Shown here one piece after another: positions 1 through 13,231 of a stretch of DNA of 64,000 nucleotides (the first letter of the stretch is position 1; every line of letters starts with the position of its first letter). Location: NCBI GenBank assembly GCA_012295275.1, contig CM022665.1:35464001-35528000 (forward strand), given 5' to 3'. Made by a program: the position numbers and the translations under genes. This DNA comes from Chrysomallon squamiferum. Lineage: Eukaryota > Animalia > Mollusca. Under the pieces are notes generated by a model, which saw only the letters and a program-made list of their open reading frames with translations, was not told where the DNA came from and did no database searches.

Positions 1-377
1 CGGTTTAATCTTTCTTCTATATCAAACAAAAGTAATGATAAATTTAAAACCTATAACCCTACTACTAATACGAATACTGGTGTAATCTGGATGCTAAATG
101 ATAGATAATGTTAGTGAAAAAGGGAGCGACTGTGTTGTTGAACTACTGTAACACACAACACTTAACACAAAGCACCATCTTTTACTGAGGTATAAACGTC
201 ATACTGGAGTAAGTATTAATATCCTGATTATATATGCATTTATAAATATTTATTTCTGTTTCATTATACGAGCTGCACAAATTTGTAGTTTTTGTTAGTA
301 ATAATGTTAGATCCGTGCGTGCATGCTGAAATAATTATTACCAGTGTATCTTAGTGTAGATGTTTGTTTCGGTATTT

Positions 378-498
<121 letters not shown>

Positions 499-1376
499 TT
501 GTCATGAAATTTTCCATTTATAATAATCCCTCTTTAAATCTGTCCCTCTCTATGTTCATTCATGTGTATTGTTTAAAAGAAAAAGAAAAAGAAAGAAAGA
601 AAGAAAAATTAATAAGGCTAGGAAACTAAAACAATAATTAAACCAGAATGTATTATTTAATATTAATATAAAAAAAAATATATTCAAATTAATATGATTG
701 TCAAAGCTGACAGATGAAATTTGAACCGTACTTCTGTATAATAAAACTATACATACCGACTCCATTAAACATAAACTTTCTTAACCTATAATTGTATATT
801 ATACTTGGCTGCCATTATGTTCGTATATTTCTTATATAATATACAAATGGGATTGGATAATTATATATAAAGTCTTCGCACAGTTCATTTTTATTTCATT
901 TTTAATGTGCATGAAATACTGAAATAATCATACAAAGTCAAAATCAGAAGGTAAAAAAAAAAAAAAATCTAAATCTAAATGAAATCAGAAGAAAGATGAA
1001 ATGACTTCAGATCAATTTGAGCTAACTGTGCGTTTCATTACCTAACTATCACGGCAATATCTTGACAAATACAAGATAATTCACTGGTATTAATTGTATC
1101 TGCTTATCCTCGTTCAAGCAAATATACAGAAAAAGATATATTAAAGATCTCTTAATCGCTAAAACTCGCATTTCAAAATACTGCAAAACCCTGCTTATAT
1201 GACCTCTCTCATATGTAGATGATAACGTTAACAACAACGGTTTCAGAAACCTACTTGAAAACAGTTCTTCAATGAACATCTTTTAACATAACATAAAATG
1301 TTTAAAATAAAATGTACAGAGCTATACTGGTACACTGAGAGATGGCCATAAAAATAAAACATTAAATACTCTTCAA

Positions 1377-1810
1377 TTAAAGTAGGGTGTAAATGGGCTC
1401 ATCTAGAACGAAAGTCCCAAGATTAAAGTCTTTATCTGTAAGAGAGCCGAGAGACAAGTCGTTGATGTTTTTGCAACAGGATGGTCCAAGTGGAAAATCC
1501 TTGGTGAAAATCGAATCAAAGGCTAAATCTTTCAAATCAAGAGTACTTAATGGAAGATCTGTGCTGACATCAGACCCTAACAATACATCGATTCCAGGCA
1601 ATGACCCTAACATAGGATCTTCTGAAGCCAGGGAATTGAGGGAGACATCTCTGTTTGTTAAAGCTAAATCCTTTTCGGGATAAACGTTGTCCATACTTAA
1701 ACAGGATTCGTCTGTGGGAAGCTGCATGCTAGTCAATGACTCTTCTCTGAGACTGGGAATACCACTCATTAGGGAAGTTTCTGAACTTGTTGTCAGAAAA
1801 GATCCAAACA
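1377..1810 (-). CDS. Paralog A last coding exon: end of DCD plus acidic decapeptide-repeat tail
   Basis: TTTTCACAG|TGTTTGGA; in frame with ORF 1377..1886; homologous to the paralog B last exon; stop at 1377-1379. Confidence 0.88.
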
Positions 1811-1991
1811 CTGTGAAAACAGAAAAATATTTAAAAAAAAATACTACTACTGCTGCTGCTGCTTCTGCTACTACTACTACTACCACCTATCAGTATTTCT
1901 ACCACCACTGCCTCTTCACTGCTGTTATTACTACACGTATTAATACTATTACAACTGCTACTACCACAATTACTTTCACTACTGTTACAGT

Positions 1992-2031
<40 letters not shown>

Positions 2032-2762
2032 TCTGCTGCTACTACTAATTTATTTGTAAATAATTATTTGTTAACTTGCCATACCTGTTCTTAATGTTGC
2101 TAGCGATAATTTTCTTGTTGCCCAATCTAACACAGATGTCATAAAATTTTGAAGAGTATTCTGAGTTACATTGCTGTTATAGGATTCGAACAATGGTCGA
2201 ATAAATAGACTGAACTGAAATCTGTTAAAGAAGATTTTCTGTCGTTCATACAATTTTTATATACTAATATATTTGCAAACTAAATGTATCTCCTTAACGT
2301 ATCTGTTGGTTTTTATTAAAAAAAAAAAAATTATTTATTTATTTATTTATCTACTACGGAATATACACAATATTATAATAATGTGATCAAATACCTCAGC
2401 ATAACTGATTAATTAGTTGATTGATTAGGTGACAGATTATTGATTGCACATTTATTACTGGTTGAACACTTTGAATATATGTTGTTATTTAGTTTCTAAT
2501 TGGCGTTTATTGTTTGAATTACATGAATATCATTGTTTGGTTACGATAAAAACGAAAAACAAATAAAAATAAAAATAACTGCTTTTAAAGGATACGATCC
2601 AGAATTTCCAGTTTTTCTTCGATCGTTCTTGAATATATTCTTCAAAACGTTCTTCCATAGTTATTTTGTTCTCTTCCTCAAGCTTTTCACTGGAAATTAA
2701 TTTTTGATGCCAGCTGTAAAATAATATTTAATTGCAAATTTGATAGAACTGTTTCTATACAC

Positions 2763-2827
<65 letters not shown>

Positions 2828-3713
2828 ACAAATATCTTAAAATAATCCATCTTCGATTAAAAAATTTAAATTATTTAATATGTATATATATATATATATA
2901 TATATAGTAATAAATATATATATGTATAGTAATAAATATGGAAAAGATAGTTGGTAGTATTGTAAAAGCAGAGGCCACAACATAGATGCATGTTTATAAT
3001 AAGGGTAGAATTCATACGCACTCTATTGCAGTTTTTAAACTTTGAATTTCATCTTGAAGTTCATTTATCATCTTGTTTTGTTCATTGTATTCAGCTTGTA
3101 ACTTCTTGCTGTGATCAACCGCTGAATAGATGCGAAAATAAATAAATAAATAATAAGAAAATAATTAATTATTATTAATAAGCTGTAAGTACTGTTAATA
3201 CATTACCCAGCTTTTAAAACATAATTTGTAAGGAGGTGCTATGAAAACTAGTGCTGGATTTACACCGGCAGAACAACAATTACGTTTCCTGTTCACCTAG
3301 CTTTAATAATAGCAGCATGAATAGCTTAACAAGTCGGATACACACGATGACAAATTAATGTGTATGTCATAGAAGAATTTCAAACATTTTTAAGGAGACG
3401 TTCACACTCTATGATTTGTCGCTTGCAGCTGAAATAATATGACATAAGAACATCCAAAATATAACACTAATGTCTGTCAGGTTATATTGTACGGTAAGAA
3501 CGTCCCTGTAGATAAAACACGCATGGAATAAAACATTCTAATCTTGTAATTAAAGCAGTGTTAAAGTTTGAGTAAGTGTAAAATACCTTTAAACAATATA
3601 TCTGCTTTGCTATCCCGCATTACAAGAATTTCTCCAGTGTGTGGCACTATATTTTTCAGCGTTTCAAATCCATTCTGAAGATAAAAAAATAAAAATAAAA
3701 ATAAAAATAAATA

Positions 3714-3758
<45 letters not shown>

Positions 3759-4296
3759 AAATATAATTCAAATTATGAGTCACTAAAAGTGTTACAGTGG
3801 ACATGATATTTCTTAAGTTTACATTAACTGAATATATACCCTAAATATCATACATGTTTATAAAAAGAATAAATGGTGACTAATACGAAGTGGTTTAAAC
3901 GAATCCTCACACTCCACACTGCATGTCTGATATCTAAAATTACACGAAAAAATCTGTTAATACGAGATGAAAAAAAAAAAAAAAAAAAAAAATCAACGAA
4001 AAAAAAAAAAAAAAAAAAAAACTGACTTATTGGCGTTATCTATACTGATCAAAGTTCGGAGAAAACCCAATTTTTGCTTTAAAGGTAACCGTATACACCC
4101 CAGCTATTGGCCTACTTGATGCGTTTTAGCGAGCGGTGAAACCTATATCTTTTGTTTTGTATTTAAATACGTTGCAGTCGTGATCTAAATAAAGAAGTTG
4201 CAGTGTGGCAACTGTTAAGGTAATGACGTATCTATATCATTGTTCGCAGGAGTATGTTTTCCTTTCTTTTCTTTTTAAAAAAATCATTTGTGAACG

Positions 4297-4333
<37 letters not shown>

Positions 4334-4971
4334 AAAAACAAACAGAAATCAACAACAGTAAAACAAAACAAAAAACAAACAAAACAACAAACGTGTTTTA
4401 GAAGGTATTAGAAAAAATACACGAAAACAAATAAATTGATGTACATATTTATCTGTTTATATAGTAGTACTAGTGTTTGTCGAAAGCTTGTATTAATGCT
4501 CTATTTCCCGAGGAATGAAAGCTACAAAACGTCTTATAGGAAATATCCTCATATCAGCATTCATAAATCTATGATGAAAATTTACAGGCATCCCTACTGA
4601 GTCATAAATACTGGAGCTAGATATAATTTTCCTAACAATTTAATCTGATTCACCATTAAAACAGACTTTCACAAGATCCTATCATTTGATTATGTTACTG
4701 TGTTACTCATATGTGAAGTAAAACTAACAAAAGAAGTCTGAGGACAGTCTAGATAACGCCAAAATGTCACAGCTATCTGACTGTGTGCGACTCGGTCCAC
4801 TGTATTTCACTGCGTTATTTACACGAACCTCACAAAATGGCCCAACATATTTTAATAAAATCTACGGTAGCACATATTTGCCATATTTTACATTTACGAT
4901 ACTGGTAAATTATATGTAATAAATGTATATATTATGTGCGATATTTTGTAAAGTATTTTTTTTTATTTAGC

Positions 4972-5005
<34 letters not shown>

Positions 5006-5408
5006 GAAGAAAAAAAAAGAAATTATATCGTGAACATTGAACATATACTGCGCATGTCGGGTTTTGTACTGTTTCGTGTAAAGTGCTTGAGCATTGATCT
5101 GGAACCCGCCAGCAAACAAAGAGAGAACCCTGCTCAAATATTTTACATGCCTTCTTTGTACAGTATCTATGCAACAATGGGAACAGATGAATTAAAGAAA
5201 ATATGAAAAAGTAAAAAGAAACATAACATATAATTTTAAATCCAGAATAACATTATAGATTTATTAAGAGTCAGTTTCTTGAGTCTGCCACTAAATAAAC
5301 TCTATTTAAAGGGAACATGATTAAAATGTATTTAAATAAGATAACATAAGATATAATAAATAAATAAACCAAATAAAAGAAAAACAAACAAAAAAACCAA
5401 CAAATAAC

Positions 5409-5503
<95 letters not shown>

Positions 5504-7252
5504 AAAAGAAGTATGAAGAATATACCAAGAACAAACTTCACCGCTTAGTATATTATTATTATTATTATTATTACTATTACTATTACTATTATTATTTTTT
5601 TTTATTTTTTTTTTATTATTATTATTTTTTTAAATCAAGAGATATATATTTTTCTTCCTTGTATCCTTATTAACGGATTTAATTTATATTTCAGCTTTAA
5701 ATAAGAGACGATAATAAAACCAAATAAATTGTTTGTTTTTTTACTAAATCTTATCAATGTACTTAGAGAAATATAGCGAGTGTACTTATTGCTGTGTGTA
5801 TACGTACACGGAACCACACATTTCTGTATACATACATGAATACATACACAGCAAATATTTCATGAGCACACATGCCAATATGCCGTATATAAATACATTA
5901 CACAAACACAGACAGACACACACACGCATATTTCGATACACTGTCTCACACACACACACACACACAAACACTTTCACGCATATCTAGCAAACATTTAGCG
6001 ATCTGTATAAATACGAACATGAGCTACATATTAACATTCATCACATATTTATAGACATATGTATATACATTCACTTATACAAACATATACACACACAACA
6101 CATACAAGCATACGAATCTGGACGGAGCACGTATTTCACGTATGACTAATAATATTATAATTAATTACGATACTAAGTCACACACAGTCAGATTACACTG
6201 TCTCAGTCGATATAAAGCTCAGATTAATTCTCTACTCAAGTCTGCATAAACACGCATTTCATACAAAAATTACTGACTAGTACCCTTTCGTACACAGAAA
6301 CAATTATATTCAGTTTATGTCTTTATATATGAAGATTAACAACAAAATACAACTAAATAATAGTTCGACCATAAGTGTCAGCAAACAAAATAAAAAATAA
6401 AATAATAAAAGAACCAAATACATTAAAATAAATAAATTACAGGCATAAATACTATAACGAATGAAAAAATGAATTAAGTAATATATTAATTAAAATAAAA
6501 GGAATTAAATAAAAATAAATAAATAAATAAATAAATAAAAATAAAATAAAATAAAAATAATATAAAATAAAAAAATAATTAAGAAAGAAAATTAATGAAC
6601 TAATTATATTTGGACCTAAACTGTTATATACTTGGTTGACTGTATGCGTGCACATGTGTATGCTTGCCTGCTTGTATGCGTACACGTGTTTTATGTTTGT
6701 AGTAATACTATACCCATTAATTTTATCATTACTACTGTTCGGGTAGTCACTGAAATAATAATAAGAATAATACATAAACACTAATTTTAAAAAATACATG
6801 TATTTATAATTTGAACCTATATAAATATAGCTAATATATGCTGAAACGAAGATTAAATCCGGTTAGAAAAAAATAAATTCGTTAATAAATAAATAAATAA
6901 AAAACACAAATTTAACTGAAGAGTAAAATGAAATAAAAATAAATAAATAAATTAATGAATTTATAATATTTAAATGATATGAAATTAAATAGTAAATACT
7001 GAAAAACAATCAAATGTATAATAAAATATTAATTAATAATAATAAAAAAATTAGAATCCTAAACTCGAATGATTAATTTGAAAAAAAATATTTTTAGAAA
7101 TGTCGGTCTCAAAACGATAAATTATATTTCCAATTTTTTCTTCAATTCATTTCTGAAATTATAAAGAAAGAACAAATTAAAAAAGCCTGAATACATCAAA
7201 GAAAATTTTAAATGAATTTAGATTATAAAAATGAGGGGATGAATATAAAATA

Positions 7253-7334
<82 letters not shown>

Positions 7335-8107
7335 AATAAGATTAAATAAAATTGGAAAAAATAATGTAAGAAAAAATAAAGAAAAAATATGTCAATAAAA
7401 TAAAAAAAAAAAAAAAAAAAAAAAATTAAATATGTGTATAATAATATTTTATTTATAACCAGTGACTGGCGAATCTCACGGCCTTCTTGTACTAAAACTA
7501 ACAATTTTACATACAAGCTTTATTTATGGTCACTGAATTAATGAGTTCATCTGAACGTAAGGTCTTAGGGTCATTGTTCTTCGATTAGACCTTGTGACAG
7601 GTTATTGATAAAATCAGCGGTACGCCATGCCCGAGCGAACATTTGTGCTAATCTTTGTGTTGGAAATTCGGATGCATAAATAAAGATCATGTCACTCCTG
7701 TGACGTACGCAGAGAGCTCTTTGAATATGCAGGCTTCTTATTTACCTACATTTTGACATTGATTCGACCTTGACAGGAGTGAATAAAATGCATCCCAAGT
7801 AGGGAAAAATCGGACAAAAAAATTACTGTTATTTCTGTGAGAAGACACATTTGGTAAAAAGAAATAGTAAAAAGATATCCATTAGCGAAGGGTTTCAAAT
7901 AGACTCATTTGAATTTAGGACAAATATAACATTTACGGTTGTTTTGGGTGGGAGAAGTTGTATGTTACTAAATTTAAATGTTGTTTAAGGATTCCTAATA
8001 CCGACAGCTGACATTAGTATTATTATTATCTAAACGTTTTCATTAATGTCATTGAAAAATAAGACAGGCAGAAATTAATCTTCTCATGTTAACAAATATT
8101 CTTATTC

Positions 8108-8160
<53 letters not shown>

Positions 8161-8605
8161 TATTAAACTACATTTTTCTAATTGTAATGGAGGTTTAGTG
8201 ATATATTACTATTCTTTTTATTTTAACTGCAATTAGATTTTTTGAAAGTTGGATGTTTGTGCACATATTGCGTTTTAAATTTGCGTGGGTCATCAGTTAC
8301 GCTACGGTGTTTTCCGTAATCGGTCGAGGTGTTCCGAATAACCTTTGCCGCTATAGGGCATGCGCATTCACGCGAGATTCCACTATGATCGAAACCGAAC
8401 TCCGCCTCACACTGACTGATCACAATCGACCGACATCTCCCAAATAAATGAATGAAACTTTCCTTAAAAATTTCCATGGAAATTATACTTTTTAAATTGA
8501 TACTTATGCATGTGTACGTCTTTGTATATGTATTTTGTATGTGTGTGTCTGTGGTAGTAAACGTCATTACGTTTCGTGTACTATTACACAATTATTCTGA
8601 GCATT

Positions 8606-8643
<38 letters not shown>

Positions 8644-10766
8644 TTAAATATTCATTGCAAATTTATGAATTAATTTTTTTTAGATTGTAGTTATGTGAAA
8701 ATGCCTTTGTGTAAGTGTTAATAACGCTAGTAATAGCAGAGTAGTATCAGTAGGAATAATAGTAGCAATAGCAGCAAAAGCATAATTAGCAGAATTGTAT
8801 ATAATATGAATACAAAACAGACAAAGAATAAAAACTATAATATATATATAGCTTTTATTGTTTGTCTGTTTTATATATATATATATATATATAATTACTA
8901 AAATACGTAAATATATATATATTTTCTTAAAAGTCATTATTGAATGGATTCTGAATGTTTTAATTTTCCATACATTTTAAAAAAAAAAAAAAAAAATTTC
9001 TCCTCATGAACACACACACGCACGGACAGCTTTCATATTTAATGTCTTGAATCAGAAACCAAAAATAAAAAATAAAAGAATAAAAAGAATAAATAAAAAT
9101 GGGTAACCACCCATAAAAAACCTAGCAACAACCTTACACACGCACACACAAAAGCACCTAAAACTAACCGGAAAAATTCAACAAAAAATTGATACTAAAA
9201 ATAAAAATAAAATAAACAATGGGGATAAAACATAATAAAATACAACAACAAATTAACAAATTTAAAAAAAAAAAAAAATAAAAAAAACCAACAAAAAAAT
9301 AAAAATAAAATAAAAAATAAAAAAAAAATAAAAAAAATTAGTAAATTGAAATAATAATAAGACAATACAATAAAGCCTTTTAAGATTTCAGAAATAACTG
9401 TATTACTTCTTTTGGCTAAACCGAAACATTGACACATCCATACCCACAAGTCTGGTGTATTATTATGTGAATAATCGTACATACATTTTGATACATATAA
9501 ATTTTAATATAACTGTATTGTGGTATTTATTTGTAACATTTTATTTTTAGAATATATATTATATATAAATTATTATTTGAGTAGACACTAATGAACAGTT
9601 TTACATACCTAATGCATTCATTAGTCTCAATATAGGTACACAACATGCACATTCGTTAAGTGCGTACAATCCATCCATCTATACATCTAAACATTAAATC
9701 AAAATATTACAGGCACACATATACACAAACAAATAAAATACGCATTCGTACATACATACATATACTTATACCTATGCACTTACACACATACATATACATG
9801 CATACATACATATATACATACACTGCAGATATTTAAAGGCTCTCTGCATTTTGTAACTGCGTTATTCACTGGAGAAAACAACATATATTAATCGAGAGAG
9901 ATACAAAAACCCACAAACAAACAAAAACAAACAATAACAAATGGCAAGAGCAACAAAACAAAGAAACAAACCAACATACAAACAAACAAACGAAACAAGG
10001 AACACAAATGATTGTATAACGTCAAAATCTATTTCGCTCTGTTTGCTACGGTTTTTGGCTATTGTTCTTATTAATGGAGTGATGATGATGATGTATGTAT
10101 GAGTCTCTGTGTGTGCGTGTGCGTGTGTGTGTAAGTAATTGTATGTGTTTGACTGCAGGCGTGTTTGTTTGTGTGTGCATGTTTATGTGTATGTTTGTAA
10201 GAAAACAAAAATAAACCTAAAGAAACGTAATAATAACAATAATAATATTTATGTAGTAGAAAATAGAATAATAAATTAAATTTAAAAAAAAAGTAAAGAA
10301 AGAAAAAAAAGGGACGAAATAAAACGAAGACACCCAAAACAACATCAACAACAACAGCTACAACAAATACTCACATACAAAAACAAACTTTACAAGAAAA
10401 AAAAACACAACAAAAAGCACCAAAAAACCCCAGTAAAAACAAAACAACAACAACAACAACAAAAAAACAAAAAAACAACAACACAAAAACAAAACAAAAA
10501 CAACAAACAACAAACAAAAACAAAACAGAAACAAACAAAATTAACATGAAATATAAAATAAATAAATCTAACGATCAATATAAATTAACAATACGCCCCG
10601 CGGTTAAATATAATGACGTAGAATTAAAGGGTTCAAAATGATAAGTAAATGGATTTTAAATCGTTAATAAAAAATAATATGTATCGCCTTACGAAAACCT
10701 CCAGTATAAAACATTCAGAACTGTCACAACGAACAACGCAAGCACACGTCTATTCTCAAACACACA

Positions 10767-10815
<49 letters not shown>

Positions 10816-11186
10816 ATAAAAGAAAATAAATAAATAAAACAAAATAAATAAATAAATAAAAGAAATTTAACATACATTTAAATTAGCATAAATGAATAAG
10901 TCATGACGGTGGAAATTTACTTTGTCATTATGCTAAAATATTATGGATATATTTTTTAATTAGTCGTCAGTTAAAAAACCCCAAAGCAAAACATGTAGGG
11001 ATATGAGAAAAGGAAAACAGATAATTATTGTTAAAATGCAAATTAGTAAGTGCACTGAACACAGGGGGTGGTATTTATATAGACAAAAATATTATTGTTA
11101 TTATTATTTATTTGCTATTATTGTAATTATTACTACTGTCATCGCTATTATTATTAATATTATCATGGTCATTATTGTTATTATTG

Positions 11187-11243
<57 letters not shown>

Positions 11244-11799
11244 GTATTATTATTATTATTATTTTCCTTTTATTGTTATTGTTGTTGTTGCTATTATTAT
11301 TATTATTGCTGTTATTATTTTATTATTATTATCATCATTATTTTACTATTATTGTTATCATCATCATTGTTATTATTATTAGTAGTATTAAATATAGAAA
11401 TACACGAATAAATAATTTAATGCAGAATTAAATTAAATTGTTTCAGTTTTATGCTTTTGATATTTATTCATTCTTACGTTTTTATGTTCTTAAGTTTCGG
11501 TTTACTGTATCTCTAAGTAAAAAAAATGTATGTTTCTAAATTAAATTACAAAGAAAAACAGAGTAAAGAAAACTACCAATAATATTTAATAAAAATTATT
11601 TAAGGTAAAGAATTTAAGAAATATATCGCATAAAAAGAGATATTTGTGAATAATGCATAAATATAAATAATACTTAATTAGTGGCATTATAGTTATTATT
11701 ATTATTATTATTATTGCTGTTGCTGCTACTATTATTGTTATTGCTACATATTATGATCATTACTGTAGTCACCATCATAATAATCATCATTATTATTGC

Positions 11800-11845
<46 letters not shown>

Positions 11846-13225
11846 TAATCATAATAATTTAATAATAATAATCATGGCAATAACAATAATAATAAAAACA
11901 GTAATAATAGTAATGATAATAATGATGACGATGATGACTTACTAATTAAATTAGAAGAATTCCTGTTTTTATCTAAAGTGTACGTAATGTTTTCCAATTA
12001 GTAATTCAGTTATCTTTCACATAGACAAAACAAAATAAAAATATAGAACAAGTAGGTATTTTATGTTGTGAAGAAAAACAAAAAGAGAAGCAAAAACAAA
12101 AAAGCACAAAACAACAACAAAAACAACAATAACAACAACAAAGAAACAAAATAAACAGAATAAATAAATAATAATAATAACAAAAGAAAAAAAACATTAT
12201 ATTTGTTTCTTTTGTTTATTTTTGTTTTGTGGGGTTTTTTTTGTGTTTTTTTTTAATGCTTTTTTGTTTTGTTCCAATTGTGAAATTGCATTTTGTAATG
12301 TCTTGGTGTGAGTTTTGTAATTTTGTGGTAAATAATAGAAAAGAATATAAACAGTGTAATTAGAATATTACTGAAGGGAAACTGCATAGCCTACTACGTG
12401 TGTATTGTTTTATAAACATATATAACACATTGACGGCAGCAAATTCTTCAGGGTTGTTGTTAATATATAATTATATGACTTTAGAGGAAGGTCTTCTAAA
12501 CAAATTCATACATCAGTTTTAACTGAAATTCTTAAATAAGCTGAAATAAACATATTTTAACAGATTTTAACAGAAAGCTAAAAAAAAAAATAATAATAAT
12601 AAAGAAAAAAATAATAAAAATAAACATATTTAAAAAAAAGAAGACAAAAGACAAAAGAAGAAAAAATTAAAGAAAAAAGAAAAATGAAGATAGAAATATT
12701 TAAATAAAGAACAAAACGAGATAGGAAGTATTTTTGTAACAAAGACAAAATGTAAAACACACAAAAAAAGAAGATTATAATTGTGAATTCTGAAGAATTT
12801 TTCAAGAAAATCGCGTAATTCTGATTTCTTGCAATCTATGAAGAGTGTGTCCATTACCAGATATATTCAGAAGATCTGAAGTATGGAAGAAAAAGAAGAA
12901 AAGACGCAAAAAAGCAGTAAGTACAGACTAAAAGATCTGTGATGGACATGATTCGAAACATCCTCTGTAAGTAGGTCAAGAAGAAATTCAGGTTAGACGA
13001 GATTTAGGAAAGGACAGGATCATGACGGGAAAGAGAACAGACAGAAAGAACATGGTAGAATGCCTGAATTTTTTCACGCCGCCTGTGTTCGGCGCTGATA
13101 TGCGATTCTCTTTTGTGCCTCGGAATGGGATTCCTTGGTCGTCCACATTTTCTTTTTACTTTCAGAGTCTTCGAATGAACTGTCATTGTTGGCGAGGAGG
13201 ATGAAGAGTCAGGCAATGGCGACAT
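1377..13225 (-). CDS. Mondo/ChREBP (MLXIP/MLXIPL)-like bHLH-Zip-DCD transcription factor, paralog A (spliced, ~343 aa from ATG 13225)
   Basis: Exons 13064-13231, 3587-3674, 3022-3121, 2596-2713, 2085-2214 and 1377-1810 join in frame. They read HISAEHRRREKIQ/NGFETLKNIVP..SKADILFK/AVDHSKKLQAE..EIQSLKTAI/..NWKFWI/FSLFIRPLFESYN..SLATLRT, matching the Mondo/ChREBP C-terminal motifs HISAEQKRR..GFDTL..SKA..NWKFWVFSILIRPLFESFN. The start codon is inferred and upstream exons were not found. Confidence 0.88.
2085..2214 (-). CDS. Paralog A exon: DCD domain
   Basis: TTTCAG|TTCAGT...GAACAG|GTATGG; 130 nt; FSLFIRPLFESYN...LSLATLRT. Confidence 0.92.
2215..2595 (-). other. U12-type (minor spliceosome) GT-AG intron, paralog A
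   Basis: 5' splice site GTATCCTTT (2595-2587); branch-site-like TTCTTTAAC (2232-2224) 9 nt before the exon; no polypyrimidine tract. Confidence 0.9.
2596..2713 (-). CDS. Paralog A exon: start of DCD domain
   Basis: TTTACAG|CTGG...TGGATC|GTATCCTTT; 118 nt; ends ERSKKNWKFWI. Confidence 0.92.
3022..3121 (-). CDS. Paralog A exon: helix 2/leucine zipper
   Basis: ATTCAG|CGGTTG...ATAGA|GTGCGT; 100 nt; AVDHSKKLQAEYNEQNKMINELQDEIQSLKTAI. Confidence 0.92.
3587..3674 (-). CDS. Paralog A exon: helix 1-loop-helix 2
   Basis: CTTCAG|AATGGA...TTTAAAG|GTATTT; 88 nt; NGFETLKNIVPHTGEILVMRDSKADILFK. Confidence 0.92.
11090..11390. repeat. Degenerate (TAT/TAC/TGT)n trinucleotide tract
   Basis: Direct reading; one of many such tracts in introns. 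Confidence 0.9.
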
Positions 13226-13231
13226 GGATAT
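13064..13231 (-). CDS. Paralog A exon: N-terminus, AT-hook-like motif, basic region/helix 1
   Basis: Acceptor TTTTTTCAG|ATATCCATG; 168 nt; ends ATTCAG|GCATTC (GC donor). Peptide is close to the paralog B exon. Confidence 0.85.

Noticed and set aside
1393-1683. Plus-strand ORFs similar between paralogs (also 23109-23348)
   Set aside because: Antisense shadows of the conserved minus-strand last exons; their starts are not conserved.
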